A stretch of 64,000 nt of DNA, taken from positions 74,464,001-74,528,000 of the forward strand of contig CM059432.1 in assembly GCA_030390025.1 (NCBI GenBank), in the 5' to 3' direction. Below, piece by piece: positions 24,920 through 35,524 of this stretch. Source of the DNA: Squalus acanthias (taxonomy: Eukaryota). The position numbers and the translations under genes were made by a program. Each line of letters opens with the position of its first letter. The stretch's first letter is position 1. The notes beneath the pieces were generated by a model. The model saw only the letters and a program-made list of their open reading frames with translations, was not told the DNA's origin and did no database searches.

Positions 24920-27328
24920 ACCCTTGTGATTATTTGTGTGGTATCTTTCTTTTCCGAGTGCTTCTACGTGCTGCTAACCCTGCGACTTCAGCAGAGGTAG
25001 CTGCAGCCTCCTCGACTCCCTGCTGCACCTGCTTAGATGCCTTTGGTGGTCGTCCTCTGGGTTTAGGAGCCTGTGAGGGCCCCGCCAAAGTCTGCTACTC
25101 CTGCGACTGTGCAGGGGCAGACTCGGCCATCACTGTCCGGGGAGGCATCTGGGGCTCTGACTGAGGGGTTGGTAAGGGGGTAGAACTGTGAGCGCTTGGA
25201 GATGAGTCCCCACTTCCATGTCCCCTCCCACCATCATCCCTCTCATGGGCCACCCACACGTTCCTGCTAGCAAGGAGCTTGAGAGCACCTTGCTGCACTT
25301 CAGTGGGGCCATGAGGGCCCTCGTCTATACTGACACCCCTTCTAGAAAGGGCATCTATGAGCCTCTGGTTTCGCTCCTCCATAGATGCCCAAATACTTTG
25401 AAGTGAAACCATGTTCTCATGAGACTGGTGCATTACGTCCTCCATGCAGGTGGCCATCCTATCCATGGAGGAACTTATAGCTGCCAGTGAGTGCGTCACA
25501 GTGGTGCTCATGTTAGAACATAAGAAATAGGAGCAGGAGTAGGCCAATCGGCCCTTCGAGCCTGCTCCGCCATTCAATAAGATCATGGCTGATCTGATCC
25601 TCACCTCAAATCTAAAGAACACAAGAAGTAGGAGCAGGACCTGGCCACTCAGCCCCTGGGCCCGCTACGCCACCCACAGGGCCTCGACCGATCCGAACTC
25701 AGCCTCATGTCCATTTTCCTGCCCGCTCCCCGTAACCCCTAATTTCCTTTACTTCTAGGAAACTGTCTATTTTTGTTTTAAATTTATTTAATGATGTAGC
25801 TTTCACAGCTTCCTGGGGCAGCAAATTCCACAGACCTACTACCCTTTGAGTGAAGAAGTTTCTCCTCATCTCAGTTTTGAAAGAGCAGCCCCTTATTCTA
25901 AGATTATGCCCCCTAGTTCTAGTTTCACCCATCCTTGGGAACATCCTTACCGCATCCACCCGATCAAGCCCCTTCACAATCTTATATGTTTCAATAAGAT
26001 CGCCTCTCACTCTTCTGAACTCCAATGAGTAGAGTCCCAATCTACTCAACCTCTCCTCATATGTCCACCCCCTCATCCTGGGGATTAACCGAGTGAACCT
26101 TCTTTGTACTGCCTCGAGAGCAAGTATGTCTTTTCTTAAGTATGGACACCAAAACTGTATGCAGTATTCCAGGTGCGGTCTCACCAATACCTTATATAAC
26201 TGCAGCAATACCTCCCTGTTTTTATAATCTATCCCCCTAGCAATAAAAGCCAACATTCCATTGGCCTTCTTGATCACCTGCTGCACCTGCATACTAACTT
26301 TTTGATTTTCTTGCACTAGGACCCCCAGATCCCTTTGTACTGCAGTACTTTCCAGTTTCTCGCCATTAAGATAATAACTTGCTCTCTGATTTTTCTTGCC
26401 AAAGTGCATAACCTCACATTTTCCAATATTGTATTGCATCTGCCAAATCTCCGCTCACTCACCCAGCCTGTCTATATCCCCTTGTAGGTTTTTTATGTCC
26501 TCCTCACTTTCTACTTTCCCTCCCATCTTTGTATCATCTGCAAACTTTGATATGTTACACTCGGTCCCCTCCTCCAAATCGTTAATATAGATTGTAAAGA
26601 GTTGGGGACCCAGCACCGACCCTTGCGGAACACCACTGGCTACTGGTTGCCAGTCCGAGAATGAACCATTTATCCCAACTCTCTGCTTCCTGTTAGATAA
26701 CCAATAATCCACCCATGCCAGAATATTCCCCCCAATCCAGTGATTTTTTATCTTGAGCAATAATCTTTTATGTGGCACCTTGTCAAATGCCTTCTGGAAG
26801 TCTAAATACACTACGTCCATTGGTTCCCCTTTATCCACCCTGTACGTTATGTCCTCAAAGAACTCAAGCAAATTTGTCAGACATGACTTCCCCTTCATAA
26901 AGCCATGCTGACTTTGTCCTATTAAATTATGTTTATCTAAATGTTCCGTTACTGTCTCCTTAATAATAGACTCCCAAAATTTTACCCACCACAGATGTTA
27001 GGCTAACTGGTCTATAATTTCCAGCCTTCTGCCTACAACCCTTTTTAAATAAGGGTGTTACATTAGCAGTTTTCCAATCTGCCGGGACCTTTGCTGAGTC
27101 CAGGGAATTTTGGAAAATTATTACCAAAAATTATGTTGGAGATGGACTCCTCCATTCTCTGCACACTCGCAGTCACCGCGGTCAAGAAACCTGTCAGAGC
27201 CTCCTGCACTTCTTCCTGCAGCTCCAGGGTCGCCCTCTTCCTGGATGGCCCCCGAGGCACAGCGTCTGCATGCAGCTGAGCAGAGCTGGGAGCGTCCTGC
27301 GCCCTCCGACGAGGAGTCTCCACTGCAG
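24920..27328 (-). pseudogene. Harbinger Myb-protein exon 3 remnant (split by CR1)
   Basis: ETPRRRAQDAPSSAQLHADA.. and MAESAPAQSQE.. match 48418-49100. Confidence 0.75.
25515..27132 (-). mobile_element. 5'-truncated CR1 LINE
   Basis: RT motifs [38 protein letters not shown]1 tail; TSD ATGTT (25510-14, 27133-37). Confidence 0.95.
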
Positions 27329-27941
27329 GGTGGGCTTAACAAGGCCCATTACAGCAAGATATATTTTTCAGCAGGATCAACTCAGCAGCGGGGTCTCCAC
27401 CTGCCACCGGTCTCTCCCGTCATGAAGCTGCCCAGGAAGGTGAAATCGCGGCCACTGTCTCCACATTTATTGTGTATTGCCAGACACTTTTGCTCCAAAC
27501 AGGCTTTGGAAAGATTAAAATGTTTCAAAATATTTCCAACCTTTTTGAAGGCTAACAGAATGTTTGCCCCATATGCCTTTAAGTGGTTACCACCCTTTAA
27601 ATCTTTTGTCAGCAGTTCTTTAAAGTATTACAATTAGACTAATCCTGGATGTTCCTCCAGGGCCATCCCTCTTACAATTCTGTGGTCGCAAATCCCATTG
27701 CACACAGCTCCCACAAAAACCTGTGCTAAGATGCCATATCTATGCACTACGTACTTGGTATAAATGAGTCTGCTACCCTTATTAATGATACACTAGTCCA
27801 TCTATGTTCTAGTTATTGTCCACTAGTAATGGAAAATTGCATCTTCTCAGTCTTATTCTTCTGGTTCTCCAGATTTGAGGGTTGGGGGTTGGATCTGCCT
27901 TTGTAGGCTCTCAAATGGACTGAAACTCTTGCCACAAGTCT

Positions 27942-28108
27942 GGGGCCTTTCAAAAGAGAATTGGATAAATACTTGAAATGGGAAAGAATTGCAGGACTAC
28001 AGGGAAAGAGCAGGGGAGTGGGGCTAATTGGAGAGCTCTTTCAAAGTACTGGCACAGGCACAATGGGCCAAGTGGCCTCCTTCTGTGCTGTTTAATTCTA
28101 TGATTCTA
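27942..28108 (+). mobile_element. CR1 3' tail fragment
   Basis: FKRELDKYL..GERAGEW-like end and CTATGATTCTA terminus. Confidence 0.7.
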
Positions 28109-29107
28109 GTATTCCCAGTCTGCCTACCTATTTTAGCTTGTTAACTTTCTTATGTCTTGGGCTTTTACAGCAAAATGGAAAATTGGGGTTGAGGAGCACC
28201 CTGTTCTCATTTAAGTCTAAGCTTATGTGGGAGTTGTGTGGTGGGGGGGAAGACCTTAGTTTCAAAACCACTTCTTCCTTCTTGTGTGTTCAGAAGGAAT
28301 TGAAGGTATTTAAGCTCCTTGGACTAAAGTGTTGGGCTCTTCTTCCCTTTCTGGTTTGACTAGTTCTTTCTTTCCTCACTGTCTATTTCAAACTCTGTTG
28401 CATATTTCCTGGAGTTTAGAACAGCTCTTCCTCAAGAAAGTAGGCCATTCTCTCCTGCCTGCTGCCTCCAACTGCCATGGCATGTAGTTGATATCTGAGA
28501 GGTGCATGAATATGCAAATACATATATAGTCTGTTCTCATAGATAGTTGTCATAATCCTGACACAATAATATACTAATCTTGGGTATTAATCCTCTTCTA
28601 ATGCATATGATTATTGTTTAATTAATTAACACAAGTTATTACTCTTTTTTAGCTCATTAATATTCACCTAAATACCCAGACAATCACAGCCTAGTAGCAC
28701 CCTAGGGACTCACCTACTGCATGTAGAACATGCCGTGGTGCTTGAGCACATTGCATTAATCTTTATTTATATTAACTTTGTACTGACATTGGTGCAGACT
28801 CAACAGCATTGATTTAATCCTTTCCTGTACTACTGATATTGAAGCCTATTATATTTATCTTCTATAGTTGTCTTGAGGTTAACATTGGATCCCACCTGAT
28901 GCAACCCTATTCAAGTCTTGGCCATAACTTGACAATGGAGCCAAAGTGAAGCTTATTTAATATCAGTAAAACATTAACTGCCATTTTACATTACACGAGT
29001 GTACATCAACTGTCCCAACAATCAACAATTGTGCTGCTTTCAACATAAGAAGGTGATATTGGATCCTTCTGACGTCACCTTCTTAAAATGACCACCATTG
29101 AATCTAT

Positions 29108-29195
29108 GCCACAGATGCTGCCTGACCTGCTGAGTATTTCCAGCACTTTCTGTTTTAATTTCAGATTTCCAGCATCCGCAGTATTTTGCTTTTGT
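29108..29195 (+). mobile_element. Penelope-like pLTR fragment
   Basis: GATGCTGCCTGACCTGCTGAGTATTTCCAGC..CAGCATCCGCAGTATTTTGC; 14-bp TSD ACCATTGAATCTAT (29094-107, 29196-209). Confidence 0.8.
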
Positions 29196-30315
29196 ACCAT
29201 TGAATCTATCTCAGGAATTCTCCAAAAACATTGGTACTAGAATCCTCTGAGTATTGTGCCTACTGCTTCTCCAATAATGGCTGCCAGTGTCAGTGTCCTC
29301 GTGGTGCTAAGTCCTGGCACCTCCAAGGATGGCTGTGCTACCTTTTTTACTTTGCCATATGCTTAGGTTTCCTCAAGCTGCCATGTATATTTCTGATGTG
29401 TACATATTAGGGGCAATATTTCAATGCTGCGCTCCTGGTGGGGATTCTTGCTCTCTGGGAGCATATATTGGAAATTTTAGCATGCACTTCAAATGATTTC
29501 CTGTTGGACAAGTATCAACTGATCAAAGAGAGTCAGCATGGATTTGTGAAGGGTAGGTCATGTCTGACTAACGTAGTTGAATTTTTTGAGGAGGTCACTA
29601 GCATGGGATAGGGGAGTGTCTATGGAAGTTGCTTATATGGACTTGCAGAAGGCATTTGATAAAGTTCCACACAATATTAGCAAAAATGAGACAGCACGGA
29701 TTTTGAGGTGACCTTGTGACATGGGTCAGTAATTGGTTGGGAGGTAGGAAACGGAGAGTAGGGTAAAGGGAACTCTCTCTTATTGGCAGGATGTGACAAG
29801 TGGTGTTCCCCAGGGAACACAACTTTCTGGGGCCTCAGCTTTCACCATATATATATTAATGACTTGGATGAATGAATAAAGCGTTATTTATCCAAGTTTG
29901 TAGGTGACATTAAGTTAGAAGGCACAGTAAGTTGTGCAGATGGGAGCAGGAAGTTACAAAGGGACATAGACAGACTAAGTGAGTGGGCAAAATTATGGCA
30001 GATGGAGTTCCATGTGGGGAAGTGTAAGGTCATCCACTTTTATCCAAGAAAGATAAATCGGAATATTTTCTTAATAATGAGAGACTAGGAGTTGTGGAGG
30101 AGCAAATCACTAACAGCTAGTGCACTGGTACAAAAAATAATCAAAAAGGCTAATGGAATGTTGGCCTTTATTTCAAGGGGGCTGGAATTCCAAAGTGAGA
30201 AGTGATGCTTCAGTTGTACAGAGCTTTGGTCAGACCCCATCTGGAGTACTGTGTTTAGTTTTGGGTACCGAACCTTAGGAAGGATATATTGGTCTTGGAA
30301 GGGCTACAGGGTAGA

Positions 30316-32248
30316 ATAGAATCATAGAATCATAGATTGGTTACAGCACAGAAGGAGGCCATTCGGCCCGTTGAGCCTGTGCCAGCTCTCTGCAAGAACA
30401 CTTCAGCTAGTCCCACTCCCCCGCCCTTTCCCCGTAGCCCTGCAAATTTTTTTCCTTCAGGTACTTATCCAATTCCCTTTTGAAAGCCATGATTGAATCT
30501 GCCTCCACCACCCTCTCAGGCAGTGCATTCCAGATCCTAACCACTCGCTGTGTAAAGAAGTTTTTCCTCATGTCGCCTTTGGTTCTTCTGCCAATCACCT
30601 TAAATCTGCACCCTCTCCAAGGCCTTCACATCCTTCCTAAAATGCGGTGCCCAGAATTGCACACAATACTCCAGTTGAGGCTGAACCAGTGTTTTATAAA
30701 GGTTTCATCATAACTTCCTTGCTTTTGTACTCTATGGGCAGAATTTTCATTGAGCCATGGAGGCGGGTTTGGAGGCGGGACTGGATTGAAAATAGCTGAA
30801 TCGGGGGTCCCGACCTCATCCCGCCCCCAACCCGCCTCCATGCCAGTTTCACTGGAGGCGGGTACCTGACCTGTGCTGGGACCCGCCTCCCCGAGGCGGG
30901 AAAGGGATTAGTGGCAATAAACTGCCTGTTAACAGGTAGTTAACAGGCAGTTTTTTGCCTAATCCCTATTTTTATGCCTGAAATGTGGGCTCTCCGACAG
31001 GTCCCAATCACGCCGTTTCAGCGAGGTGGACCATGGGTCTGCAGGGGTTGGAGGGGTCGATATGTCCGGTGGGCAGGTGAGTGATGGGTGCATGTGTGCA
31101 GAGGTAAGTGTGTAAGGTAAGTGTAAAGTGTGGAAAAAAGTTTTACTTACCTTAACTTCCTCCTGCAGATGTCAGCCCTTCAGGTCTCGGGAGTTAGAAA
31201 TCTCACCGGCACAGAAAGCAGACTGGTCGTTGAGCTGTCAAAAGCTGCAGCCTCTGCTTTTTGTTCTGCAGAGATCTCTAAATCAGCCTGAGAGGAAGGA
31301 ATTAACTTAGAGTACAGATTGTCAGTGTTTGACAGCTTCAAAGAGCTGTCAAATGCTGATATTTCATCTGTCAAAAGCTCTTGACAGATGAAATGTGAAT
31401 CTGTGACTTCACCTGTTACCGGGTGGCCCTTAATTGGCCTGCTGAGCCCACTGGGCAGGCTCAACAAGGTCAATCAAGTGAAAATACAATGAGTTGGCCA
31501 CAACTCGATGGAGGCAGGACTACAACCCAAAAAGTGGGAGTCCCGCCTCCATCCCATCCCCAGTTTCAAAATCCAGCCCTATGCCTCTATTTATGAAGCT
31601 CAGGATCCCGTATGCTTTTTTAACCGCTTTCTCAACCTGCCCTGCCACCTTCAACGATTTGTGCACATATACCCCCAGATCTCTCTGTTCATGCACCCCT
31701 TTTAGGATTGTACCCTTTAGTTTATATTGCCTCTCTTCGTTCTCCCGACCAAAATGTATCACTTCGCACCTTTCTGCGTTAAATTTCATCTGCCACATGT
31801 CTGCCCATTCCACCAGCCTGTCTATGTCCTCTTGAAGCCTATCACTATCCTTCTCACTGTTCACTATACTTCCAAGTTTTGTGTCATTTGCAAATTCTGA
31901 AATTGTGCCCTGTACACCCAAGTGCAAGTCATTAATATATATCAAGAAAAGCAGAGGTCCTAGTACCGACCCCTGGGGAATACCACTGTATACTTTCCTC
32001 CAGTTCGATAAACAACCGTTCACCATTCTCTCACTTAGCCAATTTTGTTTTCATGGTGCCACTGTCCCTTTTATTCCATGGGCTTCAACTTTGCTGGCAA
32101 GCCTATTATGTGGCACTTTGTCGAACGCCTTTTGGAAATCCATGTACACTACGTCAACTGCATTGCCCTCATCAACCCTCTCTGTTACCTCATCAAAAAA
32201 CTCAATCAAGTTAGTTAAACACGATTTGCCTTTAACAAATCTGCGCTG
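30316..32248 (-). mobile_element. 5'-truncated CR1 LINE nested in CR1
   Basis: (ATAGAATC)n tail at the left end; [17 protein letters not shown] and RKNFFTQRVVRIWNALP on the minus strand. Confidence 0.9.
30736..31579. mobile_element. Non-autonomous Harbinger element nested in CR1
   Basis: TIRs GGGCAGAATTTT / AAAATCCAGCCC; TSD TAT; removing it restores the CR1 reading INRGIEYKS. Confidence 0.9.
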
Positions 32249-32793
32249 GATTTACTAGAATTATACCAGAGATTAAAGGGTGAAATTATGGGGACAAGTT
32301 GCATTAACTTGGCTTGTATTCCCTTGAGTTTATAAGGTTGAGGGGTGATATAATTGAGGTGTTTAAAAAGATAAAGGGGTTTAATGGTGTAGATGCAGCG
32401 AAACTACCTCCTCTATTGGGGATTACAGAATAAGAGGGCAAAATCTTAAAATTTGAGCTAGCCCATTTAGGAGAGAAATCTGGAAGCACTTTTACACACA
32501 AAGGATAGTGGAAATCTGTAACTCTCTTCCAAAAAAGGCTGTGGATGCTGAGTCAATTGGAATTTTTATGACTGAAATTGGTAGATATTTGTTAGGTAAG
32601 GGTATCAAGAGATGTGGAGCATAGATGGGTGAATGGAGTTGAGGTACAGATCTAATTGAATGGCTGAACAGGCTGTAAGGACTGAATGGGCTACTCCTAT
32701 TTTTATATTCCTATAAATGGTCGGAAAACTATGCATGAATTTCCAATATGCAAATCTGGCAGTTGAGATTTTCCACTGTGATTGCAAAGTCTG

Positions 32794-33414
32794 GTGCTGC
32801 GAAATTCAGCTCCTTAGCACCCCGCCGCGACCCCTTACCGCCCCACGGCAGAAATTTGGCTGTCCCCACGAGGCTGCCGCAGGTGGTGTCAGTGCCAGCC
32901 TCACAGGTCGCGAGCCGGGCAGACCTCCGCTTGCGGGGCGCTAATTAAAGGGAGGTGCGGCCGCGACCCGCGCTGCCATTTTATTTTTTTTGGCCAACTT
33001 CCAGGTCGGCCCTCCGTGGCAGCCCTTGGCATGGTCCATGGCTGCCATCGCGCAGCCCGGCACTGCGTCTCGGTGCCGGGCTGCAGCCACGGCACCACAC
33101 TGCCCTGGTGGGCTAGTGTGGACCACCGGAGGCCCTGCAGAACTCACAGCGTCCCTCCCCTTTAAGGGAAGGGGCGGGGCACTGAAACACATTAGCACTA
33201 TGCGGAGTGGCCGTGTAGCGCTCCGGTGCTACTGCACTTTGCGCCCCCGACACTGCCCCGAGAGGAAGTGGAACACCCGAGATAGCGCTCCTCTTCCTCG
33301 CCGGGGCGGTAAGCTGAATTTAGCAGCCGGGGCGGTACTTCCATGCTGGGCGCTAAATCTCCGGCGTTAATTCGGTTACCACCCCCAAACAGGGCATAAC
33401 CGAATTTTGCCCCC
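32794..33414. mobile_element. CpG-rich MITE (Harbinger-type)
   Basis: Imperfect TIRs ..GCGAAATTCAG / CCGAATTTTGCCCCC; CTGG on both sides, so the exact TSD phase is ambiguous. Confidence 0.6.
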
Positions 33415-33985
33415 TGGATTTTATCTGTGTGTAATGTTTTAGTCCTAGAAATCATTTGAATTTTAGCTCTAGCCTTGCTCTTACATTTCAAATTAAAATT
33501 TTATTTATGCCCTAGTCATCATAAGAAACTTAGGGTTGGATTTCCCCCCCTTTGGTGATGGTGGCAGAGCAGGACTACAACCCGTGCTTATTAACCAGTA
33601 GCAATTTCCCCCTGAGTCCTTATACATGTTGAGCAGATTTAGAGCAGTAATACCACTCCTGGTAGGGTTACTGCCACTGGGAGGGAGGGAAAAAGGCTGG
33701 AGCCAGTTAAAGGAGATCAGCCATTTTCCAGCAAGAGACAATGCAAAATGTGTCAAGGGTCATCAGGAAAAGGTTTCCTGCTGCATCTGTGGAGTTGTTG
33801 TTGGCTGAAGTCAAGCGAGAAGGGAGACACTCTTGGGCACTGAGGGCAGGAAGCTCCATAAGAAGGTCTCCCACTATCTGTCTTTTCCCCTCTGATTCAT
33901 AATGCACACACAATAACAGAAAGAGATTTTCTGTGCTGGTGCTTGGAAAGGTGAGAGCAAGTGATGGTGCATCTTCGGGTTTTAC

Positions 33986-34192
33986 CTGGGCAGTCCTGGT
34001 GGGTTGTTAAATTTCTTCCAACACTGCAGCCAAGTCCTTGGAACCATGCTGCTGGCATTGACCTGCTCAGCCAATTCTCTCCATTGCTAGTGGCTAATTT
34101 GATGGAGCATTTGTCATTCATCAAAGAGTAAGAGGACATCCTCCCTATTGCTCACTTGCTCTATAAACGCTTCGATGGCTGCATCAGAGAAT
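33986..34192 (-). pseudogene. Harbinger Myb/SANT exon remnant
   Basis: FSDAAIEAFIEQV..WRELAEQVNASSMVPRTWLQCWKKFNN, then a GT donor; possible TIR GAAAATCTCCCCC ending at 34890. Confidence 0.7.
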
Positions 34193-34245
34193 CAGGAGGC
34201 CCAGAGCCACAACTTGCTGCCTGCTGCTTCAATAACTCACTCGCT

Positions 34246-34672
34246 ACATAGAAACATAGAAGATAGGAGCAGGAGTAGGCCATTCGGCCCCTCGAGCCTG
34301 CTCCGCCATTTAATGAGATCATGGCTGATCATCCAAATTCAGTACCCCGTCCCTGCTTTCTCCCCATATCCCTTGATCCCTTTAGCCTTAAGAAATATAT
34401 CTATCTCCTTCTTGAATATATTTAATGAATTGGCCTCAACTGCCTTCTGTGGTAGAGAATTCCACAGGTTCACCACTCTCTGGGTGAAGAAATTCCTCCT
34501 CATCTCAGTCCTAAATGGCTTACCCCTTATCCTTAGACTGTGACCTCTGGTTCTGGACTCCCCCGCCATCGGGAACATCCTTCCTGCATCTAGTCTGTCT
34601 AGTCCTGTTAGAATTTTATAAGTTTCAATGAGATCCCCTCCATTCTTCGAAACTCAAGCGAATATAAGCCTG
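34246..34672 (-). mobile_element. CR1 3' end
   Basis: FRTEMRRNFFTQRVVNLWNSLP; (ACATAGAA)n tail. Confidence 0.9.
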
Positions 34673-35524
34673 AGTACCTTTGAGAAGTGCACCTTTTAGA
34701 AGGTGGCTACCCCGCAAGATTTCTGTCCCTCACAATTCACAAACTGCTTATAATGAGTGTGATTAGTTCACCTTTTCAATGTAACTGAGGTCTGACAACA
34801 AATATTGATTGGGCCTCCCGCCGACTGCAATGGGCAGTTCGATTGGACACTCTGCCCTCTGTCTGCCCAATATAAATGAAAATCTCCCCCAAGTGTGCAG
34901 GGTGCTATAAGGTGTGAGTTTTACAGGTGGAATAACCATTTACTCCTTTTGGACACATGAAGCAGGAGAGGAAGCACATACTTTATGAAGCCTGCAGTAA
35001 TACACCCTTGAAATATAGCTACACATGGCAAGAGATTGCAGTGTGTTATACTGAAAAGCTGTGCCTGTATGTGAGGGAATGAATGAATGGGTAAATAAGG
35101 AGATAAGCAACGAACAGCAAAGGATGCTAGCCATGAGCTTGGGGATGGGGTGTCTCTGAATTCATTCTTGCCATTCTCTTTAATTCCTCCATGCACATTA
35201 TCTCAATGACCCTCCACTCATTTGGAATCATGGCTCATAGCTTTTGTAACCTCCCTTCCTGTCTGCAAGTGCTGCCTCCTGTTATGTGCACCCCTTTCCT
35301 GCAAGCAGACATTAATGGGATATATGCAACAAGGTGAGAGAAGATGAGTTCTACCAAATTGCCCAGGACAGCAGTCTAAGTGTGTGATACTGCAGCTGTA
35401 ACCTTTTGCTGGCATGGTGCTTGATACGTGTCTCATTTAATGGCCAACGCAGGCAGCACTGTGACATGGGAACATGACACAGTAGATCGGAAGAAAATAA
35501 GCATGTCTGTGTATTCATAAAGAT

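Larger units (their letters stand above)
23494..27453. mobile_element. PIF/Harbinger transposon (family 1-related), internally deleted, with CR1 insertion
   Basis: TIRs GGCCAGAATTTTACC / GGTGAAATCGCGGCC; TSD ACT (23491-93, 27454-56). Confidence 0.85.
29500..32715 (+). mobile_element. Degenerate CR1 LINE (29500-30315 plus 32249-32715) split by insertion
   Basis: SQHGFVKGRSCLTN.., YRALVRPHLEYC; resumes RFTRIIP at 32249; CR1 tail to ~32715. Confidence 0.85.

Noticed and set aside
32794..33414. CpG-island promoter (also 10866-11757)
   Set aside because: CpG richness is confined between TIRs, so it is better explained by young MITEs.
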